DNA from: an uncultured Actinomycetes bacterium
GTDB taxonomy: Bacteria > Actinomycetota > Acidimicrobiia > Spongiisociales > DATADW01
Direction: 5' to 3'
Length of the DNA: 64,000 nucleotides
Assembly (NCBI GenBank): GCA_963824995.1
Contig: CAWGRK010000006.1
Span: forward strand, 68,273-132,272
Part shown: one piece after another, positions 19,213 to 29,170 of the stretch
Numbering within the stretch: the first letter of the stretch is position 1
Layout: each line of letters begins with the position of its first letter
Notes under the pieces: model-generated
What the model was told of the DNA's origin: nothing
Databases searched by the model: none
Seen by the model: the letters and a program-made list of their open reading frames with translations, nothing else
Made by a program: the position numbers and the translations under genes

Positions 19213-20815
19213 GTGGCCCACTCTGTCCATCTGACCCCGCTGACACCGCTGTCCTTCCTGGGTCGGAGCAGCGCGGTCTTCCCCGAGAAGACGGCCATCA
19301 TCCACGGCACCCGCCAAATCAGCTATCTGGAGATGGCGCAATCGGCCACCCGGCTTGCCCATGCCCTCAAAGCCAGCGGGTTCGAACCGGGTGACCGGGT
19401 CGCATATCTCTGCCCCAACATCCCCGAGCTTCTGGTGGCTCACTTCGGGGTGCCTCTTGCGGGGGCGGTTCTGGTGGCGATCAACACCCGGCTCTCCTCC
19501 GAGGAGATCCGTTACATCATCGGTCACTCGGGTTCGCGGTTGCTCGTTGTCGACTCCCAACTCGCCTCTCTGATCGAGCCGATACGAGATGATCTGGAAG
19601 GGATCGATGAGATCGTGACGGTGGACGACACCGGGGACGGGGCGGCGCTTCGGGCGACGGACTTCGCCGAGTTCATCGCCAGGGGAGGCGACGAGCCGAT
19701 CGATTGGTCCGTCGACGACGAGGACCGCACCATCTCGATCAACTACACAAGCGGGACCACGGGAAGGCCCAAAGGTGTCATGTACACCCACAGGGGGGCC
19801 TATCTCAATGCACTCGCCGAGGTGATCCACTCACGCCACACGACCGAGTCGGTCTACCTCTGGACCCTGCCCATGTTCCACTGCAACGGATGGTGTACAA
19901 CCTGGGGGGTGACCGCTATCGGCGGGACCCACGTGTGCCTTCGGGCGGTTAGTCCCTCCGAGGTGTGGCGGTTGCTCGAGGAGGAGGGCATCACTCATCT
20001 CAACGCCGCTCCCACAGTTCTCATATCGCTGGCGAACGCCGACGAAGCACGCCCGCTGACGTCACCGCTGGTGGTCACCACCGCCGGCGCCCCGCCCAGC
20101 CCGACCTTGATCGCCCAGATGAGCGCTCTGGGCGCCGAGATGGTCCACGTCTACGGGCTCACCGAGACCTACGGCCCGTACACCGTGTGCCAGGAACAGC
20201 CCGGGTGGGATCGCCTCGACCCGGCGGAACGCGCCGCGTCTGATGGCCCGCCAGGGGGTGGCGATGATCTCGGCGGAACCGATCCGGGTGGTGGATGACG
20301 AGATGGGCGACGTCCCCCGAGACGGGTCGACCATCGGCGAAGTGGTTATGCGGGGCAACAACGTCATGAAGGGCTACTTCGACGACCCGGAAGCCACCGA
20401 TACCGCCTTCCGCGGTGGTTGGTTCCACTCCGGCGACCTCGGCGTATGGCACCCCGACGGTTACATCGAGCTGAGGGATCGAGCCAAGGACATCATCATC
20501 TCGGGTGGGGAGAACATTTCGACCATCGAGGTCGAACAGGCTCTGGTGAGCCACCCCGCAGTCCTCGAGGTCGCCGTGGTCTCGGTGCCAGACGACTACT
20601 GGGGGGAGCGCCCCAAAGCTTTCGTCGTGCTCAAGTCGGGGACCGAGGTGACCGAAGACGAGTTGATCGGACACGTCCGTCAGCGGATCGCCAAGTTCAA
20701 GGCACCGGATCAGTTCGAGTTCCTCACCGCCTTGCCAAAGACCTCGACAGGGAAGATCCAGAAGTACGTTCTGCGGGACAAGGAGTGGGCTGGGAGAACC
20801 AGCCGAATCAACTGA
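19213..20815 (+). pseudogene. AMP-dependent acyl-CoA synthetase/ligase, one apparent frameshift near 20236
   Basis: AMP-binding motif YTSGTTGRPKGV, YGLTETYGP. C-terminal part (ARQGV...GWFHSGDLG...GGENIS...PKTSTGKIQK) continues in ORF 20243..20815. Confidence 0.8.
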
Positions 20816-20826
20816 GCGGGGAAGAC

Positions 20827-22251
20827 ATGGGCGCACCGGGCCCGGATGTCGGAACTGATCGGGGCGAGATCGAGGCCCGCGAGGCTCGGCATCAGCTCGA
20901 CCTCGACAGGATCAGAGGACACTTCGACTTTGTCGGACGCGGACGGATAGTCACCAACAACGCCGCCACCACCCAGTCGCCGCGGCAACTGATCGAGTTG
21001 CTGGCCGAATTGGTCCCCGGGTACGAGAGCGTCCACCGGGGCAGGTCCACCGCCTCGCGGGCGATGACCGACCTTTTCGAGAGCGCATACGACACCATCG
21101 CCCAGTGGATCAACGCTCCGAGCAGGCGGAACATCGCCATCTACCGGAACACGACCGAGGCGCACAACGCGGTGATGTACTCGATGCTCACCGATTTCCG
21201 CGATGGTGACAACGTCGTTACCACGAGGTTGGAACACAACTCCAACTACGTGCCCTGGTACGGGATGACCAAGGAGATCCTCGAACCGCTGGGGCGGCAT
21301 GTCGAATACCGCCTGGTGGACTTCGATCCCGCCACCGGTGAGCTCGATCTCGACCACATGGCACGCCTGGTCGACAGTCGGACCAAGTTGGTTTGCTGTA
21401 CCGGAGCCTCCAACTTCCTTGGGACCAAACCGCCGCTCTCCGACATCCGGGCGATCGCCGATGGCAGCGGATACGAGCAACCCGATGGCCGGATCCGGTC
21501 GCTGCTGTTGGTTGACGGGGCCCAACTGGTGCCGAGCAGCCCGGTGGACGTCACCGCCCTCGACGTCGACTGGCTGTCGTTCTCCTTTCACAAGATCCTG
21601 GCGCCATTCGGGGTCGGGGTCCTATACGGGCGGGAGGACCTCATTGCGCGTTCGCGGCCGTTCCTCTATGGCGGCGACATGATCGCCGACGGTGGTGTCT
21701 GGGACGACCGGATCGAGTACGCCGACCTCCCCTGGCGATCGGCAGCGGGGACTCCCGCTGTCCTCGAGGTGATCGTGTCGGCGCAGGCGCTCCGCCTGCT
21801 GGTGGACTTCGTGAGAGGGCCGGACGCCGAGCCCTACTTCCGCACCGAGAGGCCGCTGGACCGATCGACCGTTGAAGATGTGATGTGCTCGGTCCGTGCC
21901 CACACCAGGCTGCTCACCACCCACGCCATGACGAGACTGGCAGACGTGAGCGGGATCACAATCTACGGCCCTCCGGCCGGCTGTGACCGCTCCCCGCTGG
22001 TCGCTTTCAACGTGGAAGGTTGGAGCCCATACGACCTGGCCGACGGACTCGACAGTCAAGGCATCGAGAGCCGTGCCGGGTGCCACTGTGCATCTCTCGC
22101 CCACAGATGGCTCGGGCTTGCCCCACAGGCAACCTGCCGGTTGAGCTTCGCTCTCTACAACAACTTGGGGGACGTCGATCGGGCGGTGGATGCCCTGTGC
22201 CGACTGATAGAGGCCGGCCCCCCCTCGAACGGACCTCCCCGGGCCGGTTAG
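20827..22251 (+). CDS. Class-V aminotransferase-fold PLP enzyme (cysteine desulfurase-like)
   Basis: ATG 20827, 12 nt after the synthetase stop. PLP-lysine context SFSFHKILAPFGVGVLYG. C-terminal RAGCHCAS resembles the SufS/CsdA GHHCA active-site Cys loop. Confidence 0.8.
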   Translation: MGAPGPDVGTDRGEIEAREARHQLDLDRIRGHFDFVGRGRIVTNNAATTQSPRQLIELLAELVPGYESVHRGRSTASRAMTDLFESAYDTIAQWINAPSRRNIAIYRNTTEAHNAVMYSMLTDFRDGDNVVTTRLEHNSNYVPWYGMTKEILEPLGRHVEYRLVDFDPATGELDLDHMARLVDSRTKLVCCTGASNFLGTKPPLSDIRAIADGSGYEQPDGRIRSLLLVDGAQLVPSSPVDVTALDVDWLSFSFHKILAPFGVGVLYGREDLIARSRPFLYGGDMIADGGVWDDRIEYADLPWRSAAGTPAVLEVIVSAQALRLLVDFVRGPDAEPYFRTERPLDRSTVEDVMCSVRAHTRLLTTHAMTRLADVSGITIYGPPAGCDRSPLVAFNVEGWSPYDLADGLDSQGIESRAGCHCASLAHRWLGLAPQATCRLSFALYNNLGDVDRAVDALCRLIEAGPPSNGPPRAG

Positions 22252-22283
22252 CCTCGGCGGAGGATCGATTCGAGGAGGACGAG

Positions 22284-22532
22284 ATGACCAGCGAAGACCA
22301 GTCGCTGCGCGACGAGGACATCCAGACCGTGACCGGCGGGATCCCAACCCCGGAGCAGGACGATGCCGACGGGGTGGACGGCACAGACGCCGATGGTGTT
22401 GACGGCACCGATGCCGACGGCGTTGACGGTGTGGACGGCACCGACGCCGATGGTGTTGACGGAGTCGATGGCACCGACGCCGATGGCGTTGACGGGACCG
22501 ACAGTGACGGCGTAGACGGGACCGACGAGTAG
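22284..22532 (+). CDS. 82-aa Asp/Gly-rich tandem-repeat peptide with double-glycine-type leader (candidate precursor peptide)
   Basis: GAGGAGGA RBS at 22272-22279, spacer CGAG, then ATG 22284. Sequence: MTSEDQSLRDEDIQTVTGG / IPTPEQD / six DADGVDG(VDG)T repeats (the last is DSDGVDGT) / DE. Repeat copies differ almost only at synonymous third positions. Confidence 0.6.
   Translation: MTSEDQSLRDEDIQTVTGGIPTPEQDDADGVDGTDADGVDGTDADGVDGVDGTDADGVDGVDGTDADGVDGTDSDGVDGTDE
22359..22526 (+). repeat. In-frame 24/33-nt tandem repeats encoding DADGVDGT / DADGVDGVDGT
   Basis: Six units read directly from the sequence. GAC/GAT, GGN, GTN and ACA/ACC vary between units while the amino acids are kept. Confidence 0.9.
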
Positions 22533-22558
22533 CACCAACGACTGACCCCGCCCCGTCG

Positions 22559-23713
22559 ATGAAAGAAGCGCCCGACGCCGGCCTCGAGCGCTGCGTTGGC
22601 GATACAACCACCTTCGCCACCGAGATCTGGGGGCAGCGTCCCCTCCTGTACCGGTCGGGCGAGGGGTTCGCCGACCTGCTGTCGCTCGACGACGTGGACC
22701 ATCTGATCTCATCGGCGGGCTTGCGTCTCCCCGCCTTCCGACTGGTGCGGCAAGGGACGATCATCGCTCCCAGCGCCTACACAAAGACGACCCGGACCGG
22801 ATCTCAGACGGCCACCGGTGTGGCCGACGCCGCGGCAGTGTTCGCCCACTTCGACCGGGGGGCGACGATCGTGCTCCAGGGGATGCACCGCTACTGGTTG
22901 CCTGTCGCCAGATTCGCCCGCAACTTGGAAGCCACACTCGGCCACCCGGTTCAGGTCAACGCCTACATCACGCCGCCCGGTTCACAGGGGTTCGATGCCC
23001 ACATGGACGACCACGACGTATTCGTGCTCCAGAGCGACGGCAGCAAGCGGTGGGTGGTGCACGAGCGGCACGACCTGCCCCCGGCCCAAGGAGCGCTGGT
23101 CGAGGTGGACCTGGAACCGGGCGACAGCCTCTACATCCCGAAGAATTTCCCACACTCAGCAGCCACCCAGGACAAAGCGTCCGTTCACCTCACGGTCGGG
23201 ATCCTCACCCTCGGCACCAAGGACGTCCTCGACGCGGTGGTCTCGCTGCTCCAAACCGATGGGGAACTCGACGACCCACTGCCACTGCGATTCGCCGATG
23301 ATGCCCAGGCATTGAGTGCGATGTTGGACGAGAGCCTGGAGCGGGTCGCCGAACTCGTGGCGAAGATCGACAGGAAGGCCGTCGGGGGTCGGCTGCAACG
23401 CCGCTTCCTCACGACCCGTCAGCCGCTGCTCTCCGGTCAGATGAGACGATTGCTCGATCTCGATCAAGTCACCGAACGATCCTTGGTGGGGGTGAGGCAG
23501 GGCGCGCTCTGCCTCCTCCAGGTGGAAGGTGACGCGCTTGCAGTGTTGCTCGGGGACCGCGAGCTCCGTATGCCGGCATGGTTAGGGCCCGTCATGGATG
23601 AGGTAGTGGAGCGCGGTGAGCTCCGGGTCGACGAGATCGATCTGGATGCCGAGAGCCGCCTGGTGCTGGTCAGGAGGCTGATCAAGGAAGGCCTGCTCGA
23701 GGTGCGCGGTTGA
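22559..23713 (+). CDS. JmjC / cupin_4-family Fe(II)/2-oxoglutarate oxygenase-like protein
   Basis: 384 aa. Resembles YcfD/RoxA-type ribosomal oxygenases. Candidate HxD in GFDAHMDDHDVFVLQSDGSKRW and distal His in IPKNFPHSAAT, plus a C-terminal helical/winged-helix-like region. Confidence 0.7.
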   Translation: MKEAPDAGLERCVGDTTTFATEIWGQRPLLYRSGEGFADLLSLDDVDHLISSAGLRLPAFRLVRQGTIIAPSAYTKTTRTGSQTATGVADAAAVFAHFDRGATIVLQGMHRYWLPVARFARNLEATLGHPVQVNAYITPPGSQGFDAHMDDHDVFVLQSDGSKRWVVHERHDLPPAQGALVEVDLEPGDSLYIPKNFPHSAATQDKASVHLTVGILTLGTKDVLDAVVSLLQTDGELDDPLPLRFADDAQALSAMLDESLERVAELVAKIDRKAVGGRLQRRFLTTRQPLLSGQMRRLLDLDQVTERSLVGVRQGALCLLQVEGDALAVLLGDRELRMPAWLGPVMDEVVERGELRVDEIDLDAESRLVLVRRLIKEGLLEVRG

Positions 23714-24597
23714 CCGCGAACCGGTTCCGTTGCTCGGAGGCGAACCGGGAAGAACCGCTCTTCGCCACCGCATCGACCGTCACCGGCTGGATCGCAATCG
23801 AGCAGCCAGGCCCGTGGGGCCCCGAAGCGCTGTTAGAAAGCCGGTTCCCACTGGACGTGGCGATCGAGTTGGAGCGGCGCACCACGGCCCACGGTGTCCG
23901 GCCGCTGCTCATCCGGCGCGGTGGCCACGACCCCGGCGAGCGGGCCATGTTCCTCGCATTCAGCGGCGGAGCCGGCAAAGGACCCGCCATGGTGCGGCGC
24001 CCCTTGGCAACTCCCGAGGCCGTGCTCGATGTCGATCTGGCGGCGCTCGCCGCCGGTGACATCGAGGGGTTCAGCGAGCACCAACCGCTGTTTCTGGTCT
24101 GCACCCACGGGCGGCACGACATCTGCTGTGCCGACCGGGGTAGGCCGTTGTACCGGGCGGCGGCTGCGGTGCTCCCCGACAGGGTGTGGGAGACGTCGCA
24201 CATCGGGGGAGACCGGTTTGCGGGCAATCTGCTCGTCCTGCCTCACGGGGCCTACTTCGGGCGAGTTCAGCCCGAGGATGCCTCCCGGCTCATCGAGTCG
24301 TTCGAGCTTGGCCGGCTCGAAATGGACCTCTACCGAGGTCGGAGCACGATGCACCGCATCGCGCAAGCTGCCGACCACTTCGTCCGCACCCACTTCGAAT
24401 GGACCGGAATAGAAGATGTCGAGGTGGTCGCGTTCACGAGGCTCTCGTCTGGATCCGCAGAAGCGCTGACGCGCGGCCCGGCGGGGGAGGAAGTCGCAGT
24501 CAGGGTCGAATATCGGAGCGCACCGGAGGAGTCGATGCTCACCTGCCGGGCGCCGCACCCCGCACGGCCGCCGGTGTTCTCCGTCGTCATCCCCTGA
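23710..24597 (+). CDS. Sucrase/ferredoxin-like (thioredoxin-like [2Fe-2S]) family protein
   Basis: TTG 23710 (4-nt overlap with the previous stop). LFLVCTHGRHDICCADRG ... SHIGGDRFAGN, which matches Cx8C plus an HxGG(H/D) motif of Apd1/Aim32-type proteins. Confidence 0.65.
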   Translation: MTANRFRCSEANREEPLFATASTVTGWIAIEQPGPWGPEALLESRFPLDVAIELERRTTAHGVRPLLIRRGGHDPGERAMFLAFSGGAGKGPAMVRRPLATPEAVLDVDLAALAAGDIEGFSEHQPLFLVCTHGRHDICCADRGRPLYRAAAAVLPDRVWETSHIGGDRFAGNLLVLPHGAYFGRVQPEDASRLIESFELGRLEMDLYRGRSTMHRIAQAADHFVRTHFEWTGIEDVEVVAFTRLSSGSAEALTRGPAGEEVAVRVEYRSAPEESMLTCRAPHPARPPVFSVVIP

Positions 24598-24598
24598 A

Positions 24599-26848
24599 TC
24601 AGGCGGGGAACACCTCGACGACCGCGTTGTAGTCGGGGATCCTCGCCTCGGGATCGCGCACGCCCGGCGCCAGCAGCACGTTGGCTTCCGGCCAGAATGC
24701 CTGGACGTTCCCGGGCCGGATCCGCCCACTCCTGGCCACGGCATCCATCTCGCCGTGAGCGGAGCGGACCGTGACCGGCGCGCCGTCGGTGAGCCCGAGA
24801 CCTTCGAGATCGGTCGCAGCCATCAACACGTCGTGGCGGTTCATCCCGGTGAGGGGATCCCGCTCTGCGAACACCATCGTGTTGAACTGCTTACCGCGCC
24901 TGGTGGATAGCCGGAACCGCCCCGGCTCGGGCGGGGGTGGTGGTCGGACCACGGCGAAGTGGGCTTTGCCGTCCGGGGTGGGGAACAGACCTCCCTCACC
25001 GAGGCGCTCGCCACCCCATTGCACGTTGTCACCAAGCTCGGCGAGACCCTCCACTCCCTGGTAGCTGGGCACGACCCGGGCAATCTCGGCGCGGATGTCC
25101 TCGCCCGATGCGAACTCGATGAGGTGCGAGCGGGCCGGATCGACGCGTCTGGCCAGGTCGAGGAAGATCTCCCACTCGGTGCGCGCCGCCCCCACCGGAG
25201 GCACGATCTGGGGGCCGAAGACCACTCTCCGCTCGGTCGTGGTCTCGGTGCCCCCGTCCCGCTGCTCGTAGCGGGTGGCCGCGGGCAAGAGCACCACCTC
25301 GTCGGCGGGGTCGAGCAGCATCTGAGTGGTGACGACGATGTCCTGGTGGACGCGCAGCGGGACCCGTTCCAGAGCCTCTCTCACCTGGTACGGGTCGGGG
25401 AGCACCTCGAGGAAATTCCCCCCGCACGAGTAGAGGATGTCGATCTCTCCACGATGGGCGGCCTCGACCATCTCGGCGGCGCTCAGCCCGGGTGTCGGTG
25501 GGACGGCGAACCCGTAATCGGCTGACAGCCGGCCCGCCGATGCCGGGTCGAGAGGGATGCCGCCGGGGAGCGAGGTGGCATAGGCACCCATCTCGGCGCC
25601 ACCTTGGACCCCGGAGTGACCGCGGATCGGCATCAGCCCCGCACCGGCGCGGCCGATGTTTCCTCGAGAAAGCGCCAGATTGACGATGGCGCGAACGTTG
25701 TCCGACCCGAACACATGCTGGGTCACGCCCATCGACCAGATGAGGATGGCGGACCGGGCCTTCCCGTAGACCTCGGCAAAACGCTCCATCTCCACCCGGG
25801 TCGATCCCGAGGCACGCTCGAGATCCTCCCAATCGGCCGCTTCGATGTCGGCTCGAAGTTCGAGCCATCCCTCCGTGTGATCGGAGATGAAGTCGAGGTC
25901 CACGGTGCCTTGGGCCAGCATCGCCTTGAGCACACCGGAGACGAATGCGATGTCGCCCCCGGTGTGGACCGGGAAGAACTCGTCGGTCATGCGGGTCCCG
26001 AATAGGGCGCTCTCCGGGTTGGAGGGGACCCAGTACCGCTCGAGCGCAGGCTCGCGGAAGGGGTTGACCACGACGACGCGCAACCCCTTCTTCCGAGCAA
26101 GGTAGAGGTACTTCATCATCACCGGTTGGGCGTTGGCGACGTGGCTGCCGAAGAGGACGACCAAATCTGCTTCGAAGAGGTCGCGGTACGAGACGGTGGT
26201 CGCCCCGAAGCCGATCGATCCTTTGAGCGCCATTGTCGAAGGCGCATGGCAGACCCTCGCCGCATTGTCGATGTTGGGTGATCCGAGGAAACGCACGAAC
26301 TTCTGGGCCACGTAATAGGTCTCGTTGGTCAGGCCCCTCGACGTGAGGTAGAGGGCGAACCTTGACGGGTCGGTATCCCTCAGGCGGCCGGCGATCAGAT
26401 CGAGCGCCTCGCCCCAGGTCACCCGATGGAATCCTGGTTCGCCGCGGCTCCTCACCATGGGATGCGCCAACCGACCCAGATCGCGTAGGTTCCTTCCTGA
26501 CTTCTTCCTCAGGAGGGACGCATCGCCGAGGGTCGCCGGGTCGAGCGGTCCCATGGTGTTTAGCCGGAGGAGGTTGAGCCGGATGGTGCACAGGTGGACG
26601 CCGTCGATCGTCCAGTCGTGGAGCCCAGCGGTGCCAAGGGCACACCCGTCACAGACTCCCTTGGTCAGGATCGTCCAGGCGCGGGGAAGCGAATCGCGGT
26701 TGTCCCAGACGGTCCGGAAGATCTCCCCGTAGTGGTTGGGTTTGACCTCCCCGACGCCGTTCGGCCTCCACCCGGCCCACAGGTCAGGGCGCACTCTGCG
26801 ACGCTGCGGCGATGCACCGGCCATGGAGTCACGGTACCGCCGGTCCAT
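24599..26848 (-). CDS. Molybdopterin oxidoreductase, FdhF/YdeP family
   Basis: ORF 24599..27139. Start placed at ATG 26848 or 26824 because the extension upstream is low-complexity. GVCDGCALG Cys cluster and molybdopterin-binding domains. Convergent with the preceding operon. Confidence 0.8.
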   Translation of the reverse strand: MDRRYRDSMAGASPQRRRVRPDLWAGWRPNGVGEVKPNHYGEIFRTVWDNRDSLPRAWTILTKGVCDGCALGTAGLHDWTIDGVHLCTIRLNLLRLNTMGPLDPATLGDASLLRKKSGRNLRDLGRLAHPMVRSRGEPGFHRVTWGEALDLIAGRLRDTDPSRFALYLTSRGLTNETYYVAQKFVRFLGSPNIDNAARVCHAPSTMALKGSIGFGATTVSYRDLFEADLVVLFGSHVANAQPVMMKYLYLARKKGLRVVVVNPFREPALERYWVPSNPESALFGTRMTDEFFPVHTGGDIAFVSGVLKAMLAQGTVDLDFISDHTEGWLELRADIEAADWEDLERASGSTRVEMERFAEVYGKARSAILIWSMGVTQHVFGSDNVRAIVNLALSRGNIGRAGAGLMPIRGHSGVQGGAEMGAYATSLPGGIPLDPASAGRLSADYGFAVPPTPGLSAAEMVEAAHRGEIDILYSCGGNFLEVLPDPYQVREALERVPLRVHQDIVVTTQMLLDPADEVVLLPAATRYEQRDGGTETTTERRVVFGPQIVPPVGAARTEWEIFLDLARRVDPARSHLIEFASGEDIRAEIARVVPSYQGVEGLAELGDNVQWGGERLGEGGLFPTPDGKAHFAVVRPPPPPEPGRFRLSTRRGKQFNTMVFAERDPLTGMNRHDVLMAATDLEGLGLTDGAPVTVRSAHGEMDAVARSGRIRPGNVQAFWPEANVLLAPGVRDPEARIPDYNAVVEVFPA

Positions 26849-26971
26849 ACGCTGGGGGAGTCCTGTGAGGTTCGGCCGCCCGCTGCTACGCTGGCCTCCC
26901 GTGATGAGCCGCCTGCTGCGCTCCCGGGATTTCACCTCTCCTCGGCGCACGCCAAGCCTTGAGGAGGATCG

Positions 26972-28618
26972 ATGAGCAAGCACGTTTTCGTCACCGGTGG
27001 TGTGGTCTCCTCCCTGGGCAAGGGGATAACCGCGGCATCGCTCGGCCGGCTGCTCAAGGCACGCGGGCTGAGGGTGGTCAACCAGAAGCTCGACCCCTAC
27101 ATCAACGTCGACCCGGGGACCATGAACCCGTTCCAGCACGGCGAGGTCTTCGTCACCGACGACGGTGGCGAGACCGACCTGGACCTAGGTCACTACGAGC
27201 GGTTCACAGGTGAGAACTTGCGTCGAACCTCGAACGTCACCACCGGCTCGGTGTACCAGACCGTGATCCAGAAGGAGCGGCGCGGCGACTACCTGGGAGA
27301 CACCGTCCAGGTGATCCCCCACGTCACCAACGAGATCAAGACCAGGATCCGCCGGCTCGGCGACCCGGAGGTGGACGTGGTCATCACCGAGGTGGGTGGG
27401 ACCGTCGGTGACATCGAGAGCCTCCCGTTCCTCGAGGCCATTCGCCAACTGCGCAAGGACCTCGGGAAGGCGAACACCGTCTACATCCACGTCACCCTCG
27501 TCCCCTTCATCGGGTCCTCCGAGGAGCTCAAGACCAAGCCGACCCAGCACTCGGTCGCCGAATTGCGAAGCAGGGGGATCCAGCCCGACGTGATCGTCGT
27601 GCGGTCGGACCGACCCATCGACGAGGGTGTGCGGCGCAAGATCAGCCTCTTCTGCGATGTGGACCCGAGCGCGGTGATCAACGCCACAGACGTCAAGGAC
27701 ATCTACGAGGTCCCGCTTGTGCTCAACCAGGGTGGGCTCGACCAGGTGGTCTGCGACACGCTCGAGCTCTCGACACCCGAGCCCGATCTGGACGACTGGG
27801 AGAAGATGGTGCACCGTACAGCCGTCGCCGGCGACGCGGTCACCATCGGCGTGGTGGGCAAGTACGTAGATCTGCCCGACGCCTATCTCTCGGTGGTCGA
27901 GGCCCTGCGGCACGGAGCGAACGCGAACGACGTGAGGCTCGACCTGCGCTGGGTCCCCTCCGACGACACGGTCGGGTTGCTCGCCATGACCAACCTCGAC
28001 GACCTCGACGGGATCCTCGTCCCCGGTGGTTTCGGGGTGAGGGGGATCGAGGGCAAGGTGCAGGCGGTCCGGTTCGCCCGCGAACAGGACATCCCCTTTC
28101 TCGGTTTGTGCCTCGGGCTCCAATGCGCCGTCATCGAGTTCGCCCGGTCGCAGCTCCATCTCCCCGACGCCAACAGCTCCGAGTTCGATCCCACCACCGC
28201 CCACCCGGTGATCGATCTCATGGAGAGCCAGCAGTCGGTGGACGAGATGGGCGGCACGATGCGACTGGGGCTGTACCCGGCGGCGCTCGAGGACGGGTCC
28301 CTCGCCCGGCGGCTCTACGGCAAGGAGTTGATCTACGAACGACACCGGCACCGATTCGAGGTCAACAACCGCTATCGCGCCGACCTCGAGCAGGCCGGCA
28401 TGCGGCTGTCGGGTCTGGCACCAGACGATTCGTTGGTGGAGATCATCGAGCTGCCCGGGCACCCCTTCTTCATCGCCAGCCAGTTCCATCCCGAGTTCAA
28501 GTCACGGCCCGACCGGTCGCATCCGCTGTTCGCTGGTTTCGTCGGCGCTGCGGCGGAGAGGCGGCGCGCCGCTACCGGACAGGTTCCGGTCGAGGCACCC
28601 CTGGTCGAGCTGGGTTGA
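26972..28618 (+). CDS. pyrG: CTP synthase
   Basis: 548 aa. [19 protein letters not shown]..., glutamine amidotransferase domain GLCLGLQ. GAGGAGGA RBS. Confidence 0.95.
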   Translation: MSKHVFVTGGVVSSLGKGITAASLGRLLKARGLRVVNQKLDPYINVDPGTMNPFQHGEVFVTDDGGETDLDLGHYERFTGENLRRTSNVTTGSVYQTVIQKERRGDYLGDTVQVIPHVTNEIKTRIRRLGDPEVDVVITEVGGTVGDIESLPFLEAIRQLRKDLGKANTVYIHVTLVPFIGSSEELKTKPTQHSVAELRSRGIQPDVIVVRSDRPIDEGVRRKISLFCDVDPSAVINATDVKDIYEVPLVLNQGGLDQVVCDTLELSTPEPDLDDWEKMVHRTAVAGDAVTIGVVGKYVDLPDAYLSVVEALRHGANANDVRLDLRWVPSDDTVGLLAMTNLDDLDGILVPGGFGVRGIEGKVQAVRFAREQDIPFLGLCLGLQCAVIEFARSQLHLPDANSSEFDPTTAHPVIDLMESQQSVDEMGGTMRLGLYPAALEDGSLARRLYGKELIYERHRHRFEVNNRYRADLEQAGMRLSGLAPDDSLVEIIELPGHPFFIASQFHPEFKSRPDRSHPLFAGFVGAAAERRRAATGQVPVEAPLVELG

Positions 28619-29170
28619 GCACCTCCCCGGCATCCGATCCCGAGTTCAGGTTGCTCGGGGAGAGGGTGATGGGGACCGGGGTGTTTCTCGAGTTGACCCG
28701 GCACCACCTCCTCGCGCCCGACGGGCGGTCGGTGGAGCGGGACGTGATCCGTCACCCGGGCGCCGTCGCAGTCGTGCCGCTACTCGGCGAAGACGTCGTT
28801 CTCATACGACAGCACCGCAGTCCTGTGCGTAGGTTCCTGTTGGAGATCCCCGCCGGGAAACTCGACATCCGAGGTGAGGATCCCGCGGAGGCGGCGCGGC
28901 AGGGAGTGCGTCGAGGAGGTGGGTTTGGAGCCGGTGACGCTGGAGCCGTTGTGCGAGTTCTTCACCGCCCCGGGGTTCACCGACGAGCGGATCGCCCTCT
29001 ATCTCGCTGAGGACCCGCTACCCGTCCAGTCGGCGCCCGTGGGTGCCGAAGAAGAGGTGAGCGAGGTGGTCCGGATGCCTCTCGCCCGAGCGATCGAGTT
29101 GATCTGGGAAGGTGCGATCGTGGATGCCAAGACACAGATCGGTCTGCTCATGACCGGCAGCCGGCGATGA
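28615..29170 (+). pseudogene. NUDIX hydrolase (ADP-ribose pyrophosphatase-like), one apparent frameshift near 28890-28900
   Basis: N-terminal part in ORF 28108..29010 (...LEIPAGKLDIRGEDPAEAAR). The Nudix box continues in ORF 28874..29170 (RECVEEVGLEP...). Same position as the nudix gene after pyrG in mycobacteria. Confidence 0.7.

Noticed and set aside
20419-20826. 5' extension of ORF 20419..22251 overlapping the acyl-CoA synthetase C-terminus.
   Set aside because: The region encodes recognisable AMP-binding C-terminal motifs in another frame. ATG 20827 gives a compact junction.
22007-22702. Minus-strand ORFs with STPSASVPSTPS repeats opposite the repeat peptide.
   Set aside because: They are the mirror image of the + strand DADGVDGT repeat. 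They have no RBS or sensible start, whereas the + strand ORF has a strong RBS and synonymous-only variation.
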